From: an uncultured Candidatus Saccharibacteria bacterium
GTDB taxonomy: Bacteria > Patescibacteriota > Minisyncoccia > Phycocordibacterales > UBA1006
DNA: 39,926 nucleotides
Direction: 5' to 3'
Assembly (NCBI GenBank): GCA_964620085.1
Contig: CAZUIQ010000006.1
Span: 1 to 39,926 of the forward strand
The position numbers and the translations under genes were made by a program. A model generated the notes under the pieces. That model did no database searches, was not told the origin of the DNA, and saw nothing but the letters and a program-made list of their open reading frames with translations. Below are positions 32,968 to 39,926 of this stretch, in pieces; position 1 is the first letter of the stretch, and each line of letters starts with the position of its first letter.

Positions 32968-33516
32968 TCAGAGGAAATGAGGTTTAAGCGCAAGCAAGCC
33001 TTTTTTTTGCTTCACCTCTGCTTCAAGCTTTTCTAGTTCTGTACTCAATCTCAATTTCTCCTCGCTGATTTTGTTTGTGAAAAATTCTAGCCAAATTTTT
33101 GTCGTGCTAGATTTCGGGAAATTAGTTACTTGACCATTATCAACCGTCCAAATGGGAAGAACCTTACGCTGACCATCCTTAATTACTAACGGAATGCCGT
33201 TTTCCTCTTCCACAGGCAAGGTTGTAATATTAATCCATGTTCTCTTGTGTCCGCCAAACTGCTGCGTCTCTTGATTAACTGGCATAGAAACATGTGCCAT
33301 AAGATTTGGTAACTCCATGGACTCCAGCGCCTTGAGCATATCCCATGTTCCAGTCTCATCAAATACTAATGGTGCCTCATCTACTACACCGTACATTCTA
33401 AAACCTCCCATGGTCTCAGAATCAAATAATACTGAAGGTTGTTTTGGACGGTGCCAAAAGGGTAACTCATGGTGAGTATCAGCGGAACCAACGGTCCCAT
33501 AAAGTGCTATTTTCAT
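32968..33516 (-). CDS. hypothetical protein (182 aa)
   Basis: ATG ORF with a duplicated promoter-leader cassette upstream and a C-terminal coiled-coil tail. Confidence 0.5.
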   Translation of the reverse strand: MKIALYGTVGSADTHHELPFWHRPKQPSVLFDSETMGGFRMYGVVDEAPLVFDETGTWDMLKALESMELPNLMAHVSMPVNQETQQFGGHKRTWINITTLPVEEENGIPLVIKDGQRKVLPIWTVDNGQVTNFPKSSTTKIWLEFFTNKISEEKLRLSTELEKLEAEVKQKKGLLALKPHFL

Positions 33517-33547
33517 AATTCATTTTTTAAGTGAAACAATTTCACTT

Positions 33548-33576
33548 ATATAATCATATTAATATCATTTCGTCAA
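33548..33576 (-). promoter_or_regulatory. promoter TTGACG-17-TTATAT (cassette copy 1)
   Basis: The blocks GTTGACGAAATG and TATGATTATAT are identical to those in 34337-34365. Confidence 0.55.
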
Positions 33577-33593
33577 CTCGTACTCCTTGTACT

Positions 33594-33629
33594 AAAAAAG
33601 CCTCATCCATTCTATGAACAAGGCTTTTT
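33594..33629 (-). terminator. intrinsic terminator after ORF 33635-34306
   Basis: Long imperfect hairpin AAGCC...GGCTT followed by T6. Confidence 0.6.
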
Positions 33630-33634
33630 AAAAA

Positions 33635-34306
33635 TCATGATTTGTTGAGAATTTCGATAAATTTTTCAGTATTCTCTCTTGAATTAAGAACTTCTTTTAT
33701 CAAGTAGCCCCAAATATTTCCTGCTCCGTCTTTCTCTCCAAAAACGATCTTGTTTACAAATTCTATAGGAAACTTAATCCCCATATATCCATGAAAATCA
33801 TCAAACTCGAATTGAGTATTTTTCCATGTTCCCTCATTAACCCAACCTCTCTGTTGTTCATATTTGGATTGATAAGTTGAATCGACAAATTTCTCTCCCT
33901 TTGAGTTGAAACTATGTAAGAAAGTATATACCTTACCAGAATGTAACCTTTGTCTTGCAAAGCCAAACATATAATCCCAATCCGGTTTACGTACACTAAA
34001 ATACGGAGCAGCTTGGTGACAACACCAATTGTACACATCGTAGACACATACATTAAAATAAATATTTTCATAGACGTTGTCTTTGGTGCACATTTGCCGA
34101 TCTTCATCCTTGAAGTGAACAACTTCAGTATTTGAAAAAAGAAATTGCAAATTTTCCAATTCAACATGTCTAAAGAAATTATTTTGTGCAATAAATTCGA
34201 ATGGGTCAACTTTCTGATCTGTTGTAAAACTACAATAACCAAGTTTAAATTTTCCCTCCTGAGGTTTTTCCTTAGGTATAAATAAAGCATCATAAAGACC
34301 TTTCAT
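33635..34306 (-). CDS. hypothetical protein (223 aa)
   Basis: ATG ORF; Trp/Phe/Tyr-rich; same promoter-leader cassette as 32968-33516. Confidence 0.5.
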   Translation of the reverse strand: MKGLYDALFIPKEKPQEGKFKLGYCSFTTDQKVDPFEFIAQNNFFRHVELENLQFLFSNTEVVHFKDEDRQMCTKDNVYENIYFNVCVYDVYNWCCHQAAPYFSVRKPDWDYMFGFARQRLHSGKVYTFLHSFNSKGEKFVDSTYQSKYEQQRGWVNEGTWKNTQFEFDDFHGYMGIKFPIEFVNKIVFGEKDGAGNIWGYLIKEVLNSRENTEKFIEILNKS

Positions 34307-34336
34307 TGGATTATATTTTAGTGAATAATTTTCTTC

Positions 34337-34365
34337 ATATAATCATAGATATTACATTTCGTCAA
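34337..34365 (-). promoter_or_regulatory. promoter TTGACG-17-TTATAT (cassette copy 2)
   Basis: Same conserved blocks as 33548-33576; back-to-back with the dnaE promoter. Confidence 0.55.
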
Positions 34366-34378
34366 CCGGTCTCTCGTC

Positions 34379-34387
34379 TGCTATAAT
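34379..34387 (+). promoter_or_regulatory. extended -10 TGcTATAAT, 10 nt before the dnaE ATG
   Basis: Sequence match; no SD motif. Confidence 0.55.
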
Positions 34388-34397
34388 CATCAAACTT

Positions 34398-37300
34398 ATG
34401 TGCACCTCACACGAAAAATTTGTACACCTTCATGTGCACTCGCACTATTCCCTCCTCGACGGGCTTTCTAAGGTAGAAGACTTGATCAAGAAAGCAAAAG
34501 AATACGGCATGAATGCCTTGGCATTAACTGACCACGGAGCCATGTATGGTGCCATCGAATTTTACAAAGGATGTAAAGACGCAGGGATTAAACCTATCGT
34601 CGGAGTAGAAACGTATGTCGCCAATCGAACACGTTTCGATAAAGAAGCAAGTATCGATAATCGTCGCTACCACCTCACATTACTCGCACGAAACAATATC
34701 GGATATAAAAATTTAATGAAAGCTGTTTCAAAATCCTACATGGAAGGTTTTTACTATAAACCTCGCATGGATAAGGATCTCCTCAAGCAGCACGGTGAGG
34801 GTCTCATCTGTCTCTCGGGTTGCCCTGCGTCAGAATTTATTTGGAACCTTCGTGAAGGAAAAAAGAAAGAAGCCCGCGAATTAATTCAATTTTATATTGA
34901 ATGTTTCGGGAAGGAACATGTATTCATCGAAGTCATGAATCACACTGAAACAGATTTTTTCAACGAATGGTATAAACAACTTATCCCAGAAATGAAACTC
35001 ATCGCTCAGGAATTAGATATTCCTATGGTAGGCACTTGGGATTCACACTATTTATGTGTAGATGATGTGAATGCGCACAACACACTCTTGAAAATCAATA
35101 CCGCTGGTGGGATGGAAGAAATCAAAGGAAACTTTTCATTTATCAACCAACAAGAAGCCTGCGAAATTTTTGCAGATATGCCTGAGGTTATTGAAAACAC
35201 CGCCAAGGTCGCAGACCTTGTTGATCTCGAAATTGAATTGTCACCCTGGAGATTTCCAGAGTACCCCATTCCCGAAGGATCAAATTACGACGACGAACTA
35301 CGTAAAGCAGTGATGCTAGGACTTGTCGAAAAAGGATTTACTTATGAAGACCTAAAAACCAAGGAGCGTGTTGAGTTTGAACTTGATGTGATTAAGCAGA
35401 AAGGTTTTTCATCATACTTTCTCGTAGAAGCCGACATGGTACGCGCTGCAACTCGCATGAAAATTTATACAAATACTCGAGGCTCCGCTGCAGGATCGCT
35501 CGTATCATTTACAATGGGAATTACCAACGTAGATCCGATGAAATACAAATTACCGTTCGAGCGATTCTTGAACCCTCTCCGTCCCGGTATTCCTGATATC
35601 GACTTGGACATTGCCGATAATCGTCGCGATGACCTCATTGGATATTTAAAAGAACGCTACGGACAAAATTCTGTAGCACAAATTGGAACGTTTGGAACCA
35701 TGGCGGCACGTGGAGCCGTACGTGACGTAGCGCGTGCGTTAGGATATCCGTATTCAACCGGTGATCGTCTCTCAAAAATGATCCCTATGGGGTCTCAAGG
35801 ATTTCCAATGACCATTGATCATGCCATGGAAATTATTCCTGAATTACAACAGGATTATGATACTGATCGATCAACACAGGAAATTATTGATCTCGCAAAA
35901 AAAATTGAAGGAAACGTGCGACACATTTCGGTACACGCGGCCGGAGTGATTATTTCTCCAACTGGCGATGTAACCGATTTCGTACCTATTCAATACGACC
36001 CTAAAGGTGAAGGGAAAATTATCACCCAGTACGACATGTATTCCGGTGGTCGTGATGGTGTGGTGAACTTACCAAAGTTTGACCTCCTTGGATTACGCAA
36101 CTTGAACTTCATTGCCGACACTGTTGATCGTGTAGAAAAAATCCGCGGGATTAGTATTGATATGGAAAAACTCCCTCTCGATGATACAAAAGTATTCGAA
36201 ATGCTTTCACGTGGAGAAACCATGGGAGTCTTCCAAATGGCCGGAGGTGGCATGACAAAATATATCAAGGACCTCCAACCAACAAAGATCGAGGACTTGA
36301 TGGCCATGGTAGCACTCTATCGTCCAGGACCAATGGAAGTAATTCCGGAATACATTGAACGTAAACGAGATCCTAGACTCGTTACCTATCCAGATCCGCG
36401 CCTTGAGGAAGATCTCGAAGCATCGTATGGACTGTTGGTCTATCAAGATGACGTACTCCTTACCTCGATTCGACTTGCTGGATACACGTGGTTAGATGCT
36501 GACAAATTCCGTAAAGCCATGGTTAAGAAAATTCCTGAGGTAATGGCGAAGGAAAAGGATAAATTCTACAAAGGCTGTATGGAGTATGGTGGATTGAAGA
36601 AAGAAAAAATTGATGAAATCTGGCAGAAAATTGAACCGTTCGCAGCGTACGGATTTAACAAGGCACACGCAGCGAGTTATGGACAGCTCGCCTATCGAAC
36701 GGCCTATTTGAAAGCAAACTTCCCTGCTGAATATATGTCGGCCTGTATGTCCGCCGAAGCCGGTGATATTGAAACCGTAAGTCTCTATATTACTGAAGCC
36801 AAAAATATGGGATTCAGTATCCTACCACCCGACGTGAACGAATCATTCTCCGATTTTACCGTAGTCGTTGAAAATGGAGAGGTAACTAAAAAGATTCGTT
36901 TCGGATTAAATAATATTAAAAACTTTGGGAATGAGATTGGGAAGGCTATCATTACCGAACGTAAAGCCCAAGGGAGCTTTACCAGTATTGAAAATTTCCT
37001 TGAACGAGTGCTTCATAAAAATTTGACTAAAAAATCACTCGAGGCCCTTATTATGTCGGGAGCGATGGATAGTTTTGGAGAACGAGGACAACTCATTGCA
37101 AACATGGAGGAAATGCTCACCTTCAACAAAGAGTGCGCCAAAGATGCAGGATCCCAAGGATCACTATTCGCGGGACTTGCTGATGCGCCGAAGGCATACC
37201 TGACATTAAAAGATGCTCCAGCAACTGATACGAAACAGAACCTTGCGTGGGAAAAAGAATTATTAGGACTGTATGTAACAGGCCACCCGCTTGAAAAATA

Positions 37301-37613
37301 TGCTGATCGATTAGCAAATGCAAAACAGACCATTGCACAGATAAAAATCGATGAAAAAAATTCTAGTGAAATCGTGATCGCAGGTATTGTTGAAGACGTT
37401 AAAGAAATTTATACCAAGGCGAAAAATGAGAAGATGGCATTTCTTCGTATTGCCGACCTTACGGGATCACTTGAATGTGTCGTATTCCCTAAATCATATG
37501 GAGAACTTCAAAAATTCTGCCAAATAGACAAACTGGTGATTGTTAAAGGAAAAGTTTCTGATCGTGATGGAGAACGGAGCGTACTGATTGATAAGATGAA
37601 GGAATTGGTGTAA
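34398..37613 (+). CDS. dnaE: DNA polymerase III subunit alpha
   Basis: PHP domain FVHLHVHSHYSLLDG; palm PDIDLDI; FNKAHAASY; C-terminal OB-fold region. Confidence 0.95.
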   Translation: MCTSHEKFVHLHVHSHYSLLDGLSKVEDLIKKAKEYGMNALALTDHGAMYGAIEFYKGCKDAGIKPIVGVETYVANRTRFDKEASIDNRRYHLTLLARNNIGYKNLMKAVSKSYMEGFYYKPRMDKDLLKQHGEGLICLSGCPASEFIWNLREGKKKEARELIQFYIECFGKEHVFIEVMNHTETDFFNEWYKQLIPEMKLIAQELDIPMVGTWDSHYLCVDDVNAHNTLLKINTAGGMEEIKGNFSFINQQEACEIFADMPEVIENTAKVADLVDLEIELSPWRFPEYPIPEGSNYDDELRKAVMLGLVEKGFTYEDLKTKERVEFELDVIKQKGFSSYFLVEADMVRAATRMKIYTNTRGSAAGSLVSFTMGITNVDPMKYKLPFERFLNPLRPGIPDIDLDIADNRRDDLIGYLKERYGQNSVAQIGTFGTMAARGAVRDVARALGYPYSTGDRLSKMIPMGSQGFPMTIDHAMEIIPELQQDYDTDRSTQEIIDLAKKIEGNVRHISVHAAGVIISPTGDVTDFVPIQYDPKGEGKIITQYDMYSGGRDGVVNLPKFDLLGLRNLNFIADTVDRVEKIRGISIDMEKLPLDDTKVFEMLSRGETMGVFQMAGGGMTKYIKDLQPTKIEDLMAMVALYRPGPMEVIPEYIERKRDPRLVTYPDPRLEEDLEASYGLLVYQDDVLLTSIRLAGYTWLDADKFRKAMVKKIPEVMAKEKDKFYKGCMEYGGLKKEKIDEIWQKIEPFAAYGFNKAHAASYGQLAYRTAYLKANFPAEYMSACMSAEAGDIETVSLYITEAKNMGFSILPPDVNESFSDFTVVVENGEVTKKIRFGLNNIKNFGNEIGKAIITERKAQGSFTSIENFLERVLHKNLTKKSLEALIMSGAMDSFGERGQLIANMEEMLTFNKECAKDAGSQGSLFAGLADAPKAYLTLKDAPATDTKQNLAWEKELLGLYVTGHPLEKYADRLANAKQTIAQIKIDEKNSSEIVIAGIVEDVKEIYTKAKNEKMAFLRIADLTGSLECVVFPKSYGELQKFCQIDKLVIVKGKVSDRDGERSVLIDKMKELV

Positions 37614-37649
37614 TACAAAAAACATCTAGACATCTAGATGTTTTTTGTA
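37614..37649. terminator. bidirectional terminator between dnaE and ORF 37650-38822
   Basis: AAAAAACATCTAG-ACAT-CTAGATGTTTTTT, a perfect 13-bp stem. Confidence 0.85.
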
Positions 37650-38822
37650 TTAATCTCGTGAAGGAAAATCTCTATCTGTATAAAGCTTGATAACCTCATC
37701 ATAGTTTAGATGTATATTACTTCCTACCAAAGATTCAACAAGGTGCTTAATTCTTCGAGGTGAATAGTTATTTCTCAGTGCAGAAAGGCGCTCAACCATA
37801 AAGAACGACTCCTCGAGTGTCAGGGTTTCTTTTTCTTCTCCAAAGAAATGTTTCGTTCCTTTTTTGATTCCGTAGATTCCAAGACTGAATCGGACTGCAG
37901 ATAAATACATATCGATAATCTGGTCTTTCGTTAACAAATTTTCAAGCTGATAGGCTATTGAAATTTCTAATACTTTCCTTCGGAAACTTCTGGCAAAATT
38001 CTTGATAAATAATGTTCGAGCAAGTTGTATCGTAATAGTAGATCCCCCACTTTTGAGAAGTTTTACATGACGTCGCACTATTTTAGACTGACTCATGAGT
38101 CCTCTACAAAATGAAGTAACAACAAGCCCTTTGTGAGATTTAAACTTTCTATCCTCTAACCGTATAAGTATTTCTCTGAGATCGGCATAGCGACCTTGTA
38201 TCTGTTTTGATCGTGCAAAATATTTTACGTACTGATGTTCTGGGTTTTCAACAAGTTCAACTCGTAGAAACTTTGAGAGAAATCGAGTACACAAATAAAA
38301 GAACCCTGTTTCAAATTCAGTAATACTTTGTCGCGTAAGGACTGCCGTACCGATAGAATTTTCAAATTCTGAAACAAATGAACCTTCTAACCGATCGCGA
38401 GACATCTGACGTAATGTTACATAGGTCGAAAATTTTCGATTATCAGGATTCGTTGTGCTAAAAACAAGACGAAGAATATTCCTACCTAGAAATCTCCAAT
38501 CAAAATTACCCTGAATTATATGTTTAGCAGTTTTATTAGATGCGTACCTAATCTCTCCATTACTAATAGTCACTTCAGAGTATCGCTCTCCGAATCCATG
38601 AACACTAGCTTCTGTATGACTAATATTCATAGTAGAACGAACCGATGTTCCCATATACTCACTGAGGTCACTATTCATTATTTTTTCGTACAAAAGCCAC
38701 CTTCCACTCAAGTTGTTTCGAGATTTAATTCTGTCTCGGATCGCAAAAAAGAAACCGGCCAAAAAGATACCGGCAAGGATGCTTCCTATGACATTTTGTG
38801 AAATAGTGTTGAATATATCCAT
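37650..38822 (-). CDS. GT51 peptidoglycan glycosyltransferase domain protein with an unknown N-terminal domain
   Basis: C-terminal half carries the GT51 motifs LEDRKFKSHKG, GGSTITIQLARTLF, RRKVLEISIAYQLE...YL and GIYGIKKGTKHFFG. N-terminal transmembrane helix plus about 170 aa of unrecognised sequence. Confidence 0.65.
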   Translation of the reverse strand: MDIFNTISQNVIGSILAGIFLAGFFFAIRDRIKSRNNLSGRWLLYEKIMNSDLSEYMGTSVRSTMNISHTEASVHGFGERYSEVTISNGEIRYASNKTAKHIIQGNFDWRFLGRNILRLVFSTTNPDNRKFSTYVTLRQMSRDRLEGSFVSEFENSIGTAVLTRQSITEFETGFFYLCTRFLSKFLRVELVENPEHQYVKYFARSKQIQGRYADLREILIRLEDRKFKSHKGLVVTSFCRGLMSQSKIVRRHVKLLKSGGSTITIQLARTLFIKNFARSFRRKVLEISIAYQLENLLTKDQIIDMYLSAVRFSLGIYGIKKGTKHFFGEEKETLTLEESFFMVERLSALRNNYSPRRIKHLVESLVGSNIHLNYDEVIKLYTDRDFPSRD

Positions 38823-38913
38823 AGAGTTAGTTAAGGACCCCTACAATACCACATAAATATAAAATAATCAAGTATCTCCCTAAATCAACCAATAGTGCTA
38901 TACCTTTACTTAT

Positions 38914-39411
38914 ATGAACCCAGAACAACCTAGACACCATCGTAATGAATTGAACCCTATTAATACTCAACTAATCGAAGACGCGGTACGTATTGCTGAA
39001 ACCAAGGCAATTATTGCTGGCGCTGATGAACAAATTGAAGCACTGGCTCAACAAGGACGTCATGATGTTGCTGCTTTATTAAAAGCCTACCGTGATGCAG
39101 CGCAAAAAGAATATGACCTTCGAGAGAATCTTCGCACAAGTGCACGCTTTACCACTGAAAGAAATGTGATTCATGATGATGCTGATGCGCAGCCAGGTAG
39201 TGAAATTATTGAAGAATCAGTAAAACTCATTCCTCAATCAGGCTCATCTCCTGAGACCATTTCAGTTCTTCAAGAACTGATCGAGGAAGCTTTTACTCAA
39301 CGAGAATTTTATCATGAGACATTACAAAAACAGTTTCCTGATGAAAACCTTGTTATCAATAAAAAGTTACGAGAAATGAGAGATAATGGACCTATAGTAA
39401 CTATAAACTAA
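38914..39411 (+). CDS. hypothetical protein (165 aa)
   Basis: ATG ORF 9 nt downstream of TGcTATACC; helical, acidic sequence. Confidence 0.45.
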   Translation: MNPEQPRHHRNELNPINTQLIEDAVRIAETKAIIAGADEQIEALAQQGRHDVAALLKAYRDAAQKEYDLRENLRTSARFTTERNVIHDDADAQPGSEIIEESVKLIPQSGSSPETISVLQELIEEAFTQREFYHETLQKQFPDENLVINKKLREMRDNGPIVTIN

Positions 39412-39413
39412 GC

Positions 39414-39450
39414 AACAAAAAATCCCGCATCGTCACGTTGCGGGATTTAA
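39414..39450. terminator. bidirectional terminator between the convergent ORFs 38914-39411 and 39464-39811
   Basis: ATCCCGCA-N9-TGCGGGAT flanked by A6 and T3A7. Confidence 0.7.
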
Positions 39451-39463
39451 AAAAAGTACTTAT

Positions 39464-39811
39464 TTAAAGCGAGACGAATTCAATTCTTACTACCCCAAAT
39501 TCATCCATCGGATTTTTGGAATTCTCGAATCGTGCCCGTAATCCAAAGAAGATTCCAAGTATTTTTGAGACCTCCAGTAATTGTTCAGGGTCTTTATTAG
39601 TGATTTCAAAAATGATTTTATCATCCCAAGAGACTTTTCCTGGAGGACCAAAACGTAACCCTTTATTGTGACGTAATGAAGGACGGTGAATTGAAACAGT
39701 CTTTTCTTTCGTATAAAACTGGATAACATCACCACCTTTAATAACTGTTCTACGCGGCTTGATAGTATCCATCTGTTCAGATGTACCGCCAATTTGTTTG
39801 ATGTATAACAT
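39464..39811 (-). CDS. hypothetical protein (115 aa)
   Basis: ATG ORF driven by the inward-facing promoter in the right terminal repeat; terminator at 39414-39450. Confidence 0.5.
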   Translation of the reverse strand: MLYIKQIGGTSEQMDTIKPRRTVIKGGDVIQFYTKEKTVSIHRPSLRHNKGLRFGPPGKVSWDDKIIFEITNKDPEQLLEVSKILGIFFGLRARFENSKNPMDEFGVVRIEFVSL

Positions 39812-39835
39812 TTCGTATTTATTTTGTTTGTAGAT

Positions 39836-39863
39836 ACTTTATCATCTTTTATTACTATGTCAA
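39836..39863 (-). promoter_or_regulatory. sigma70-type promoter TTGACA-16-TGaTAAAGT
   Basis: Mirror image of the left-end promoter; upstream of ORF 39464-39811. Confidence 0.5.
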
Positions 39864-39871
39864 TACCTCAT

Positions 39872-39926
39872 GGTAATCTCTAAACACATTTGGCACTTTT
39901 TACTAGACTAAGTACATGACCGTACA
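39872..39926. repeat. right terminal inverted repeat (55 nt, perfect)
   Basis: Exact reverse complement of nt 1-55. Confidence 0.95.

Noticed and set aside
34307-34397. Possible replication origin at the major strand-switch point.
   Set aside because: The spacer is only 91 nt, contains no DnaA-box-like 9-mers and is fully accounted for by two promoters. Minus-strand genes also resume to the right of dnaE.
1-39926. Searches for CRISPR arrays, transposase/integrase genes, phage structural genes, rRNA/tRNA genes, and UGA recoding.
   Set aside because: No regularly spaced direct repeats were seen, no recombinase-like ORFs, and no tRNA cloverleaf could be built in any intergenic region over 80 nt. 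Several well-defined genes end in TGA (for example 1935-2369 and mnmA), so the standard bacterial code applies.

Overview
AT-rich bacterial chromosomal segment. About 40 of 45 genes are on the minus strand. The compact housekeeping proteins and many orphan genes suggest a reduced-genome, CPR/Patescibacteria-like lineage, but that is inference only. TGA is used as a stop codon, so this is the standard code.

Recognisable content:
- grpE and a DinJ antitoxin with an internally deleted YafQ-type toxin.
- A ribosomal/RNAP block: infA-rpmJ-rpsM-rpsK-rpsD-rpoA-rplQ-rplM-rpsI.
- alaS, an M3B oligoendopeptidase, DUF1761 and MgtC membrane proteins, mnmA, a DEDDh exonuclease and mltG.
- A compact SMC, a P-type ATPase, rnc, a NusB-Nudix fusion, rpmF, rnhB, dnaE and a GT51 glycosyltransferase-domain protein.
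- About 18 orphan ORFs, including two pairs of tandem paralogs.

I found no rRNA, tRNA, CRISPR array, transposase or integrase.

Most notable observations:
1. The window ends are a perfect 55-nt inverted repeat.
2. A 564-nt ORF-free locus between rnc and nusB carries three orphan promoters, two strong terminators and a perfect DnaA box.
3. A GC-rich multi-hairpin element lies between rnhB and rpmF.
4. A degenerate HAD-like domain is inserted in the AlaRS catalytic core.
5. NusB is fused to a Nudix domain.
6. The SMC is miniaturised and lacks a recognisable hinge; it is followed by duplicated orphan genes that each carry a copied terminator-promoter cassette.
7. Leaderless-type promoters (a -10 box 6-11 nt before the ATG) are pervasive, and Shine-Dalgarno motifs are absent.

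All calls come from reading the sequence and the translated ORFs by eye. No database search was run.
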